Assembly (NCBI GenBank): GCA_951406725.2
Contig: OX597817.1
Location: 173,414,001-173,478,000 of the forward strand
Direction of reading: 5' to 3'
DNA: 64,000 nucleotides
DNA from: Octopus vulgaris
Lineage: Eukaryota
A model generated the notes under the pieces. It saw nothing but the letters and a program-made list of their open reading frames with translations, had not been told where the DNA came from and did no database searches. Position 1 is the first letter of the stretch; each line of letters starts with the position of its first letter. Below are positions 1 through 13,281 of the stretch, piece after piece. The translations under genes were made by a program, and so were the position numbers.

Positions 1-1932
1 CTGAGATCTACAAAAAGCTACGGGCACTAACTCTTTTCTACCAACTGAATAATATATTTTTGAACACCTTTATAGTTTTAAGTGAAATGCCAATAGACAA
101 AAGCCAAGGGCTAGCAAGCTAAGTCATAGCAAAAGATGTCTTTTCTTGTAGACTGCTTTGTATTGCTTAGCCCAGAAATAAATTTAGGGAAAAGAAAAAG
201 AGCAACATTACAATTCTTTCAGACATAGCAAAGAAAGAGATTATATTGACAAATATATAATAGTTTACCACCTTTTGTTTCATCCTTACTTTGTCTCTTA
301 CAGTCACAAAGTGCTAAATTAAAATATGCAAAAGATTTAGACCAAGACAGATAACTCTGCAAGATTTCTGATTGATCAAACAGGTAGATCACTAAAAAGT
401 AAGGACATTGGATAAGACTTTATGATTTTATCATAGCATGGGGCTTTAACAATGGTAACCTCACTCCTTTTCGATCTCTTCACTGAATACAATAACACTT
501 CAAGAAATACCATGATGCTGTTACATTTGGCACCAAGGTGTACAGGTTATTTAGAGTCACTCCTGCATCTCCCACCACAATTACACTCGCTAGAAATTTT
601 TTTTAATTATAATATACACAAGACAGCATTTGCATAGGAATTAAAATCCCAATGTAATTAAACTATGCTATTATTAACCAGAATCTGATTTAATTTCCTC
701 ATTAAAACACATCTACATGTGTGCATGCACAGAGAGAGGGAGAGCGAGAGAGGGTGAGAGAGAGAAAAAGTCTTAATAGCCCTGAAACTGTAAACGTATC
801 CTTGACAATCATTTAAAAGGAAAATATTACGTTAATATAATTAATTTTGGTTAATATCACACTGGCTATTTCATATATTTATATATAGCTAAACTTTTGC
901 AATTGCTAATTTAGTTTTCCAAAACACTTGTTTTAAATTCAAATTTATATTTAGAGATGCTGACTTCTGACACTGAAGATGACATGTTTAAAGTTTTTAC
1001 TTTATTTGAATTTTCTGGTAACTTGACAGTATTAAAAGCCGGGTTTCTAAAAAAACAAAAAAACAATGTAGTCCACACTGAATACTAACCATTTCAAACA
1101 TTTGAACACCTTCACATCTTCCAGTTTCATAATTATAGAAAGTATTAGATTTTAAATAAGACTTTACTTATTTTAAATAAATTTGCATAAATCTTTGCCT
1201 AAGGTATCATATAAGCTCTAAATTATCTGCATCTCTTCTCACATACTTCAATAGACATGTATCCATTAGTCAACTTCACTGAATGTAACTACATTTTTCT
1301 ATTAGCCATCAAATCGGACAGGGTGACTTTTACGAAAAAAGGGAGTGGGGTGACCATCAGATTTATGAAGTTATGGCATCAAAGAGAATGCTATCAAAAA
1401 AATGTACACACACAAAGTAGAAAGGTAACTTTGAGATAAGTCCTCACTAAAAGAAAGCATCAAATACCTTAACCACTCTGGTATAATACTAAATGAAAAG
1501 CATTTTCCAAGTTGTATCTTTGTCCCTGCTTGCAATAAACACTTTCCATCTATCAATAAGTAATGAAATTGCTATACCAACAAAATACAGATATTGATAG
1601 AGATAATTGAAAAAAAAAAATTCATATTTAAGAAAAATACACATACAACAAAGTATATCACCTTCCTGGGGTGGAGATGAAACCACTTCTAAACAGAACA
1701 GCACATCATGTATATTACATACATACAAATGATTGAGAAAAAAAAATATCAAAGCCTTTGTTAGATAAATAATGAACTAAGAGACTTCAAAATAAATTGG
1801 AAAAGAAAAGAGGTCTATAACATTAGTAATAATGGACATTCCATATTGGACATTGAAGCCAATGTTGAAGAACCCACCACAAGTTGGCAGTCAAATGAAT
1901 GGTCCATGAAGGTTATAGAGATATAGCCTTCC

Positions 1933-2078
1933 TAACCCTTTAGCATTTAAACTGGCCATATCCAACCCAAATATTCTACCTGGTTTATGTTCAAACTGAC
2001 CATATCTGGTTTCTCACACCTGTACTACAATGTCATTCTAAAAATAAACTACCACACCCTCAAAATCTCGATGCTAAA
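1933..2078. mobile_element. Partial piggyBac-like MITE (TAA-CCCTTTAGC terminus)
   Basis: Starts taaCCCTTTAGCATTTAAA; the body is the diverged reverse complement of the right half of the element at 15520-15738. Confidence 0.45.
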
Positions 2079-2259
2079 GAATTAAGTATCTTGGAGAGAA
2101 ACTGTACCACAAAAGATTCATGAAATTAATAAAAATGAAATAGTCTCAGAGACAGATATAAAAGTATTTCTCTAAAGAGGAAGTATATATAGTAGTCAAG
2201 GATACATGGACAGAGAGAGAGAGAGAGAGAGAAAGTGAGAGTATATAGTGATAGCTTAC

Positions 2260-2740
2260 TAAAAAGCAAGCAACTCTGTTACCAACAAGTAACAGAGACG
2301 TGGAAGAAAAGATAAAAAATGTAAAGCTTAGTTGGAATCCAGGTGTAAGTCTAGAAGACATAGTTTAAGAGTACTTAACAGTCTGAAAGAGGATTTCTGA
2401 TATGCTAAAAATGGCGGATGAAAACACAGAATGCTTCGAACATCAAGACTGATAATAACTCCGGATGCTACTGACAGTAGTCTATGCATAATATGGGCAC
2501 TCACTGAGAATGGGGAGAATGCCATGTGGAAGTATTATTATTAGTGACTGTTAAATAAGAAATTGACTTGAGGTGAGGAGAATATACAGCAAGAAAACCT
2601 GGTAAGTAGACTAAGTATACAAATTAGGGAAGCATTGGTAATCTAAGTGCTGAGAAAGATGAAAGCTGAGACACCTACTGATCCTTAAGTGTTACAACAA
2701 AAACGTTAAAAGTTGCTGGGTGGGAAGATGAGCTAACAAT
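2260..2740 (+). mobile_element. Highly degraded RTE-like LINE fragment
   Basis: Broken reading frames loosely resembling the region just upstream of the RTE reverse transcriptase (RT) domain; many stops. Confidence 0.25.
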
Positions 2741-5700
2741 TCACTAACTAACCTTACCCATGTATTCCTACTGTGAGTAGGTCTGCTTTATTGTTGAATC
2801 CCACAAAAACTATGACAAGTTAGAAAGCATAAATTATTCAAAATTAAAACAGACCAAGTAAGCCAGTACAAAGTATGTCATTTGGACCATATATCTATGA
2901 CCACATTCCTACTGAAACCATTTTTTTTTTTTAAAGAAAACTAGCAGTATTCTAAGTTTATTGACCAGACAGTGTGCTGATTGCAAGTACAGAAAAATTT
3001 TAGCATGTAAACTATTTCTTTATTAAGTTAACCACATTACATCCTCAAGTGTTACAGAACACATGAACTTACTACATCCTCAGCATGTTACTCAAAGTTG
3101 AACTCTGGTATGAGAGCATCAAGACTTAAGCGATCTCACTCAGAATGACAGTATCACAACTTAGACAAATAGTTTGCCATCTTCATCTGTTTAAAATTTT
3201 TTTAAATGGTCAAATCTAGTACTATGAGGACAGATGATCAATTTCCAAAAAGATAGCACAAGAACCTTCAGATAAATTCAATTGATCTCAATAAAAACTC
3301 ACTTTTTTGTACAGAGAAAACAATGGAAAACTGCAGTAATGTGTTAGCAGTCAGGTGTAAAGAAATTGAGAATAGTGACATAGGTATGCAGATTTGAACC
3401 TGAATTTTTAAGAATGTTTGATTTAACAATCTTTTATGTAGTTCATAACAGAATTAAAATATAAATAGAAGTTGAAATAACAGTTAATAGCTGCAAATGC
3501 AAACTAAACAAAAAATTTTGTTCAATATGTAAGAAAAGAATACCATATAGATATTTATCAATAATAATTGAAGCAAAACCTGTCTCAATAGTAACTGTTT
3601 TTAGGGTATCTACTTTCTGTCAGGCCAATACCTTAGGCAGAGCCTAGAAACCTGGTCTGTCCTGCTTTTCCATTGCAGCTGACATTGTATACAATCATAG
3701 TATAGATGCATATATCCACATACTCAAGGAATGTATCTACTTTAGCTGCAACTAGTGAAGGTACCACAACTGGAAGTGGACAAGAGAAAAATTACCATCA
3801 AAAGAGACAGGATGGTTGTGGGGGATATCATTACTGAGGACAATTAATTCAGTTGCAGTAAAATTTGAAATTCTTTTTAAATTACAGAAGAATAATGAAA
3901 ATATGTAAATTTAATTTCCATCTGTTCATAACAAGATGTAATAGTGAGGAATTCAACCACTTTAAAGCATTTAGAGAAGATAACTTGTGGCTATCAGCGA
4001 AAAGTGAATGTAAAAGACAAAATACAAATGAAGTCAGCATTTCACTATGGAGCCAGTATACAAATCATTTAACCATATTTAATTCAGTTCTTAACGTTTC
4101 TACTTTCAAATCTCACAGTAGCTTGAATTGATTGACTTTATATCACATAAAAGCATTGTGCCCCAAAGTCTTGCATTATCTACACTATCTATAAGACAAA
4201 TTTCACAACTAAAAATAGTTTCATTACTAATCAGTAATGAAACTGTTTAGTAAGATAGAATTGCTGATTTAACAGAGGGAGAGACATAAACTGTATGAGT
4301 CAAGACTAGACACAATGATCAGCAATTCTATTACAACTTTAACTGGTAGAATAAATAAGGCAGATCAGGATAAGGGACAAACTAGTCTTATCAGAGATGG
4401 AACTAAGTACTGTGAGATAACAAACCACTTGTTATGCTGTATGATTAGCAGTATGCCAAAAAATGTTTCTTTCATGTTCAGTAAACAGAAGAAAATGGGA
4501 AAGTTCAAGATCTCACATAGAGAATAGAATACAGGAAGAACGACGGAATTTGACCCTTCATACACAGCAATAAAACTTGCCTGCAGAAAATCACTGTTTC
4601 TAAGATCATAGACCTAATGTAAGCCAGTGGATTGCATCTGGTTTCATCAACTTCCTGAAGAAAAAAAGGCCATGTTGACCTTCATGCAATATGTTTTCAG
4701 AATATACAAGTATTTCATTCAGTTCATTGCTGAAATTCCATTGATAGTTATTGATGGCAGTGGTAATATGAAGTTAAGTAGAGCAAATGTATAAAAGAAT
4801 ACCAAAACCAGGAAGAAGGCTTCAATTCAACTACATTGCCATATCACTTAACAGAGATAATAAAAAATCCTCATATGGTTTTTAAATTCCAGATCAATAG
4901 TTCCCATCATACAGTGTGATGCCACCTGATACTGTGAAACAATCTATGCCTCATAAACAGTGGTAAATGATCTTAAAGTTAAACCTTTCAATATCTGTCT
5001 GCTCTGAACTGCCCGATCATCATACAAAACCACCTGTTTTAAAGCATTCATTTTAAAATTCTTTTGTTCACATCCATTCCAAACATCAAATGAAAAGTTT
5101 TTTTTCTAAATTTCCCCTAATTCATATTTTCAAAATTCATTTGGAATCTGGACAACTCCTGTCAAACAGTTCAACCCATGCCAGCATGGAAAATAGATGT
5201 TAATGATGACAATTGAATGCATTTTGTAAGAAATGATTAGGAAACCCATTTGTGCCCACACTCACTCTTCTTGCCAGCAGTTGTCATTGTTATTGATAAT
5301 TGAAGGTGATTAACAAAAATAAAACATTTATCTATGAATTTATCTGAATTAAATACCCAGATGATGTAAAAGTTATAACTTTAAACTCGGGAAACCTTTA
5401 GTATACACAATATTGGCAATGTTTCTTGACATTACCATATATGCAGCAACCTATACAGTTCTTGTCAAAGCAATATATTCAATAAACCATGCACAGATAG
5501 ATCATCTGGGGAAAAAACCCTACTTGATTGAAATGGAGATATATTGACTATCATTGCAAAAGCTACTCAGTCACAAAACTATTATATAGCTAAATGGAGA
5601 TGGTGTCTGACTAACTAATTCTTGGTACAACAACACATTTCCCAAAATATAACAAAATCATCTTCTAACACAAGTTTACATCAATGGCTTATTCAAATTC

Positions 5701-5799
5701 TTATTCCATGACAAAGCCTTATTTTCATTTCTAAACAGTATTCTAGAACATCTCCTTTTCGCTAACTTTGGCACACCAAAGTGACAACTGCTTAGAAAT

Positions 5800-6440
5800 T
5801 TCATTGGATAACTGTACAGATTGACTTTGTCATTGGTTTGTGTAGTTCAAACTTAGCAAGGTCATTGAATCTTGTTCCATGACCTTCACCATTGTGAGAA
5901 AGTCTTCATGGGGGCCAGGATGATGCTTGATGGATTTGCAAGCTGACACACTTGTAACATGATCCAAACACAAGACGCCTGAGAGGTTGTGGTAGAATAT
6001 CTCTTCTGGTACCTCATGAGTGTGTGCACAAAAAGACGCCAAGTACTTGTGCATGTTGCAGTTATCTTTAGTTCTCATCTCTCAATATTGGTTTGAGTTT
6101 AATTACTGCAATGGTGTGGATCTTACAAGGATTTCAGGTTTTCATCTTTTATCATTAATAATTGTTGCCAGGGACTTGAACTTCTGCACTACCTCTAGTC
6201 CTTATACATAGATTGCGCCACTGATGCTTGTCATTTCTCTTTTTTGTTGTTGTTGGGTTTTTTTTTGACACTGAATTCAACCCGAAACTTGGCAGCTGTG
6301 TCAAGGGGCTGACTAAAATCAATTCCTCTTCCTTTCTAGTTGGTTCATCAATAGATCTCAATCTATTAAAGATGGCTGAACATTACTTTGCTTGTATGGC
6401 AGATTTTGTTGATCATACAATAACTGAGCAAAGGTTGAAC
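5800..6440 (-). mobile_element. Degraded RTE-clade LINE RT fragment
   Basis: Minus strand reads LEVVQKFKSLATIIND and IAVIKLKPILRD, resembling the RTE segment LEVVxxFKYLGxII...LxKLxPIWRD. Confidence 0.5.
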
Positions 6441-8565
6441 ACAAGATCAGGACTTTAAACATAAATTCACAGTAGTTAAAAATGTAGGAAGCCCCTCTTT
6501 AGAAATTAAGTCACTTAACTTCCTAGCTGGTTCATTAGATGTTACAAGTAGGGTCTCAAATACAATAAGTGTGTTGATGAGAAATAATGGCAATACCATC
6601 ATCGTGGCTTGGATTCACAAATGAAGATTCCTGAAGGAAACTGTCCACATTAACCACAGGCCCACAGACTACTGATATGGAATACTAGACTGATATGGAA
6701 TAGCCAAACCTGGCCACAGAGGTTGCAAGAGAAAATTTTGTTAAGAGTTGGTATTAGGGTTTGTGATGGTTTTTACTCCAAGTCAACAACAGAAAAGTAG
6801 ACAATATAAGAATGAAAAGAATAATCATGTATGGCAGTGACACTTAGGCTAAGAACTGCAGCAGCTGGAGATGATGACCTCTGGATCCACTGGTTTGCAA
6901 TGTCAATTTGAATACAAAAGGTAAATGCAAATGCATCAAGGCAGTGATCTTAGGCTAAGACCAGGTTTGAATGCATACAATAGAGTGAACTGCTAAAAGC
7001 ACCAAACAGTAATGGTTGTTGAAGTGGGCAACAGATTAGTTCAAGGGAAAGATGTTTGGGTAAAGTTTTAGTATAGGGTCTGGGAGATGAACACTGATGA
7101 TAAGAGAAGCCAGTGTGCTGGATGGGTTTAGGCGAAGGAGCTATGTAGCAACTTGGTTCAAAGGAGCAGAGACAATTATATTAGCTGTAGATGTAGTAAG
7201 AAGAAACAGTACATCATGAAGCAATAATGCTAATGAGCTGTTGATTCATTGCCAATTAACCAATTACTATTTTCTGGACTAAGTCAAGGATGCTTGTACG
7301 AGTTGCTTCAGTGCCATCACAGATATTTGAACAGAACTCTTACGTGGGTTCTTTCTTGAGCACTGAGAAGGGCTGAGACACCAAGTCTGAAGAGGAAGAC
7401 TCATTTTTTGAGATGTTCTTAGAAATGCTACAGATGTGAGGTTACCTTCACAGATCAGAGTTGCAGAGATTTAGAAGTTTCTAGTTTTGAGTCCATGTGT
7501 AAAGAGAGTATGGTGTAAGGCTGTTTCCCGGATGTAAAGCGATTTTATTATGATGCCAATAAAGGAAGCTAGGCTATCACGACTGAGGCAACCTGGCTCC
7601 TTCATCAGTCTCCAAAGGTAGATAATATTTTTGAGGTGTTTGTTTATGGAAGTTGTGCATGTTTGGTATGAACTATCTTAATTGCATGTAAATAATGCTT
7701 GTGAGTGTGGAAAGTTAACAGAAATATAGAGTTGCATCATCATAGACAAACACTTAGTTTTGAAATAAAATAGCGCAAAAGTAATTTAGGTCAAGCAATT
7801 GACATAACAGACAGAAACAGTGAACTTGCTCAATGACTTCTTAAACTTCACAACACATAAGTGACAGCTTATGATTTTAATTTCACAAAATACTAAACAG
7901 CTAACAACAAGAGGCAAGAATATTACTGAATGAATATATTTGATTCACATGGTTAAATCATAAATTTCTTTGACCTGCTGAATAGCGATCCACCCTTTGA
8001 CTCATCACAGGACACCCCTATAACTTCATCTTATACATTTAGCTTAAGTAACCTAGATAGTAAATTGATACTTTGAAAAACAAACTGCTAAATAAAAAAA
8101 ATTAAGGTACATTTGTTGAGGTCACAATCATAAATAGAAGTCAATATGGTCTACTAAGCCTAACATGTATTAACTGCAAGGAAAATAACTATTCTGAAAT
8201 CAATATTAAACATTATCCACCAAGGATTAAAAAATTACAAATGCACTTAACTGATGCTAAAGTATTTAATCCTGATATAAAAATATCAAATTTAACATCT
8301 CTTTCCTGTGCTGGCATGGGTTGGACTATATATTATTTGATTAAAACAGCCAAGATTTTTCTCAGACAAAAACCTCCAAAGCTTCTATGTAGTAATTCAG
8401 TCTACCTATGTAGCAGTTAGAAATCAAGATTAGAAATAAAAAATTTTTTTTAAATCACCCTAAACTATTAAGACATCAATATACATAGAAGCAGAACATA
8501 AAAGCTGACTAAACAAACTTCATCTTACAACAAAAACAAGGCAGATTTATCTGCAGAACCTATAA

Positions 8566-10490
8566 CACAGATCTGCGACCATAAAATTGTTCCACAGTTA
8601 TCGGATGAAATTGATCGATTTTTACCTGCTGATTTCAAAAATTACAAAGAAATTATCCTATCACATACAGTTTCATCACAAAATCAATCATCACATTTTA
8701 CCGTTATGTCCAAATTTGACTGTCTTTTATTATTACTATTAATTGCCATAATTAATAGTAATAACAGTGTAACTAACAGACATAATTTTGAAAAATAAGC
8801 ATCTGGCAACATTTAGATCACTTCAGCTACATAGAGAGGTACCTGCATAGCTTCAGTCACTCACAAGCAGTGAGGACAGAAAGATGCCCTTTACAAGGTC
8901 ACGCTGCTTAGGTTAAAACATTCTTTTTTATATTTCATTTATTTCCTCATGCAATTTTCCCTGTATGTTTACTAAGTAGATTGCTTTATTGTATCAGATG
9001 TTACATTTCAATGTGTCTTTAAGATTATGCAAACATTTGATGGCAAATCAAGAAATAGTAATGACAATGAAGACTTCAAGAGCAGAGACAGTGAAGAACT
9101 TCAACTATTTGACCACTGTGAATTAAATGATCTAATGGGGACTTAGGGTTCTCAAAGGAGTCAGCAAAGCTTTTAGGTTCCAGCCTTAAATCCCAAATTC
9201 TTTTAGCTCCTCGTGGATCATTCTATCGCTATCGTAACCCTATAAAGGAATCTGTTCCTTATTTCGCTCAACAAAATGATTTGGTTTATTGTACAGAGCC
9301 ATCAAGTGTAACAGGAAAATTTGGAGACTTTATTGACTCTTCAAAGAGAAAGTCTTAAAGTTGTTCTGCATAACAGTAATAAATATACTTCCATCTCTGT
9401 TTGACACTTAGTGATCAGGAAGGGAAAAAGGAAATTTGGTGTCACTCTTACACAAGATGATTTGCAGTGACTTGAAAATAATTTGCATGTTGCTCGAACA
9501 TCAGCCAGATTACACAAAGTTTCCTTATTTCTTGTGTAATTGGGACAGTCAAGCCAGGAACCTCAAGTGGTCCAAAAAAGAATGGCCAACTAAGATTATG
9601 CTTACACTAGGAACAAAGAATATCTTTCAAGAAAGTTTGGTTGGCCCAAAAAGGGTTCTTTTGCCTCCTCTACATAAAAAAATTAGCCTCATGAAGCAAT
9701 TCATTTTAAAGCTTTGCCACAGGACGGAGAGGGTTTCAGGTATTTGCATAGCAAGTTTCCTGTTCTGTCAAGACACCAAAGTTGAAGCGGGTGTATTTGT
9801 AGGACCAGATATAAGGAAACTCATCAAGGATGACAATTTTAAAAACTCTCTCATTGATTCTGAAAAAGACGTATGGATTACTTTTAAAAATGTGAAGAAG
9901 AAATCTTTGGATAATCACAGGAAATCATTGTGGGAAGACTACTGAAAATGAGCATTAAAGTTCATTTCCTAAAGGCCCATTTGGATTTCTTACTGGAAAA
10001 TCTAGGGGATGTGAGTGAGAAGCAAGGGGAAAAGCTTCATCAAGCCATAAAGATCGAAATATATAAGGGAAAATGGAATATCAGTATGATGGCCAACTAC
10101 AACTGGGTGTTGCACCATAAATGTCCTTTAAATGCTCACAAGTGAAAGAGTTCCAAAAATAGTTTCCAAAAGAAAAAAAGATTTTGAGGAGCTGAACATA
10201 AAAAAATGAATGGAACCCTTGTAAAGAACTATTTTCTCACCTTTCAATTGCCTTTGTGCCATTTTATTTTGCTAAATAAAGTACCGAATTCATTATTATT
10301 ATTAGTCTCATTTTGTCCTACCACATGTGGATTTACCTAAAAATTATGGTATATTTTATCATTAAATTGTCAGAAAACTTGAGGTAATGGGAAAGAGCTT
10401 TTTTAATATTTAGAATTAGCTCCACAAATTTACATAAATCAATGAAATTATATCAAAACAATTTTCAAAAAGTTGTTTCATAGATCTGTG
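8566..10490 (+). mobile_element. Chapaev3-type (CMC superfamily) DNA transposon, degenerate
   Basis: Termini CACAGATCT...AGATCTGTG flanked by TAA on both sides (8563-8565, 10491-10493); internal transposase remnants. Confidence 0.8.
9090..10145 (+). pseudogene. Chapaev3 transposase pseudogene
   Basis: ORFs 9436-9945 and 9930-10145 contain ICSDLK, YTKFPYFLCNWDS, LLPPLH, GPDIRKL and MSIKVHFLKAHLDFLLENLGDVSEKQGEKLHQ; the upstream part is frameshifted. Confidence 0.8.
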
Positions 10491-11730
10491 TAATTAGAAG
10501 CAATAAAATGGTGTCGGCACAATACACAAACAGCAGTTTGTAAATGATCGACAGGTAAAGGCACTTTTCTCACTGAATACTAGAAACACTAGAAATGAAA
10601 ATGGAAATAAACCTCCATTTCAGTTGAATAACTGCATACATCAACTAATAGAGTTCAGTTTTACAAATGTGGTATTAAAAGATTTCACAACCACAGCTAC
10701 TGAATCATTTCCAAAGCAGGCTAGATAACAAGTGTATTGTTTCTATCTTACATAAGACTGCATTGACCTCATTTTTACTGTGTCAAATCTTTAAATAATC
10801 ATTGCTCTGCTCGCAATCAACACCATTATGAATTCAATTACTAATACTATTTAAAATAATATTATGCAAAAGAGAGCTTTTTGTAGTATCTTGTTTAGGA
10901 TCTAAAATAGCTAGATATCAAAATATTTTGTTAGAAGTAACTCTAAACATTTAACTTTCTTTCATATATGCAGGTGTTAAAATATTTAGGTTGAAAACTA
11001 CTAAATCTTGCTATAATGAGCATTATGTCCATCTGTCTGTCCCTCCGTTTGTGTTACCTCTTCACGGTCAAACAGCTGGACAAATGGTCACGATATTTTC
11101 AGGATTACAGATGTAATCAGGAAAACTTTTAGCAAAAAAATTTTTTAAATATGATTATTTAGTGAATACTGAGTTTTGTATTAATAAATCAGCTTTGATT
11201 ATTTTGATTAAAAGCCAGTGACGAGGATTAACTCTGGATTTCCCCCCTGTATAGTTCTTGAATTTAGATGGGCAGATTTGCTATCTTACTATAATGGGTG
11301 TTATGTCCATTTGTCTGTCTCTATGTTCCCCCTTCACAGCCAGATGGCTGAACTAATGGTTATGATATTTTTCAGAATTAAGAAGACAGTTGTCAGGAAG
11401 GATTTTAGCATTAAAAAATCAGAAAGTATGATTATTTCATGAATACGGATTTTTGAACAGGAACAGGTAAACCACCTTCACATTTTTATTAAAAACTCAC
11501 TGACCACGAGTAACTGGATTTTCATCATATAAAGGCCCCGTCGTAGATACAAAGGGAGTCGCAAGACAGTTAATAGTGAAAATAAAATGGAAAAAGTGTG
11601 TGTCAGTATATAGTGTGCGTGATTATTAAGTGGTTATAGAAACGTGTCTGCCTCTAACAAGATTTGAAACAGTTAACTGAAGCAGCTGTGGTTTAGATCT
11701 CAGTTTTGTCAATCAAAATAATCCATGATA

Positions 11731-13020
11731 CGAGGGGCGTTCAATAAGTAATGCCCCTGACACACTTCCCATAGCAGTAGAGCAACAAAACTTGGCACAG
11801 TTATTAGTATTTTTCTACATAGGAACCACCCAGAGTTACACATTTCTCCCATCGTTTGATGCAGCTCTGGAGACCGTTTTTGTAGAAGAACCCAGCTTGG
11901 TCCTCCAACCTCAACGTGACTTCAGAAATCAAGGCTGCATCATCTGGGAAATGCTTTCCTTTCAAAAACAACTTTATGATTGGGAAGAGGTGAAAATCAG
12001 AGGGTGCAAGGTCAGGAAAGTAGGGGGGATGGGGAGGAGTTCATAGCCATAAGCCCGTGCTTCTGATCTGGCAACAAGCGAGTTGTGGACTGGAGCGTTG
12101 TCCTGCAGGAGGAGGATGCCTTTGCTGATCTTGCCCCGCCTCTTGATTTTGATAACTTCTCTTAATTTCCTCAAAAGTGAAGCATAATAGGCTCCTGCAA
12201 TTGTGGTACCCTTTGCCAGGAAATCTGTCATCACTACTCCGTCCTGGTCCCAGAAGACTGTGAGCATGACCTTGCCAGCGGAGGGCTGCACCCTTGCCTT
12301 CTTTGGAGGGGGTGAGTCACAGTGCTTCCACTGCATTGACTGGGCTTTGGTCTCTGGATCATCGTGATGGACCCAGGTTTCATCCTGTGTAATCAGTCTT
12401 TTGAAAAATTTTGACTCATCTTCTTGGCACATCTCCAAATTCACCCTCAAGCACTCGACGCGTTCTTGCTTCTGGAAAGGCGTGAGCAACCTGGGAATCC
12501 ATCTGGCAGACACCTTTGCATATGCAAATGGTCATGAATGACAGTTTCCACAGACCCGGTACTAATCTTGACCTTATGGGCTATTTAGCGAATAATTATG
12601 CATCGATCTTCCAAAATGGCAGCCTCAACTTAACGGACAGATGCCTCATCAATGGCAGAAGGGGGCGACCAGATCTGGGAGCTGTTTCCACAGAGTTCCG
12701 ACCATGTTTGAATTCACGATACCAGCGTTTTACAAGGTCATATGATGGGGCATCATCACCATAAGTTACTTTCATTTCATCAAAAGTCTCCCGTGGTGTG
12801 CGTCCTTTCAAATACAAAAACCGGATCACTGCTCGACACTCAACAGGCTCCATTTCACACTTGACTCAGTTCAAACACCTGTAAATCAGAAACCACAATT
12901 AATTCAGAGCTGTAATTTGCCACTTACTCTATAGAAATATAAATGATTGCACATGCAAAATTTCAGCTAGATCAAACTACTGCAAGTGGGTCAGAGGCAT
13001 TACTTATTGAACGTCCCTCG
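11731..13020 (-). mobile_element. Full-length mariner (DD34D) transposon
   Basis: 1290 bp; terminal inverted repeats (TIRs) CGAGGG(G/A)CGTTCAATAAGTAATGCC(C/T)CTGAC; TA on both flanks. Confidence 0.95.
11804..12853 (-). pseudogene. Mariner transposase, frameshifted
   Basis: MEPVECRAVIRFLYLKG...PRSGRP, WIPRLL, ITQDETW and QDNAPVH, then in another frame PYFPDLAPSDFHLF...RWEKCVTLGGSYVEKY-stop. Confidence 0.93.
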
Positions 13021-13110
13021 TACAAGAACATCCAGACATTATTCACACAAAACAGTGAGAGATAAGTCTTAGTTTGATTTTTTTGCAATCCTAAAGATTC
13101 CGCTTGCACA

Positions 13111-13281
13111 TTCACAGCAAACAAGGCACAGGGTCAGACTTTAGATTACATAGGTGTAATTTTAGTCAATCCAATGTTTACACATGGCCAATTATATGTC
13201 GCTATGAGTAGAGCAACAAACTCCAGTAATTTGAAAATTAGTGTCAACCAAACAGAAAATATCTACAAAGAAATTTTGTAA
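13111..13281 (+). pseudogene. Helitron PIF1-like helicase C-terminal fragment
   Basis: FTANKAQGQTLDYIGVILVNPMFTHGQLYVAMSRA...IYKEIL-stop matches the helicase motifs TINKSQGQT and HGQLYVALSR. Confidence 0.85.

Noticed and set aside
558-584. Minus-strand VIVVGDAGV resembling a small GTPase P-loop
   Set aside because: Not followed by GKS/T, the frame soon stops and the acceptor is weak; probably chance.
4219-4244. 11-bp inverted repeat GTTTCATTACT/AGTAATGAAAC
   Set aside because: Short and AT-rich; expected occasionally by chance.
8730-8764. 15-bp AT-rich palindrome inside the Chapaev element
   Set aside because: Low complexity, with no independent sign of function.
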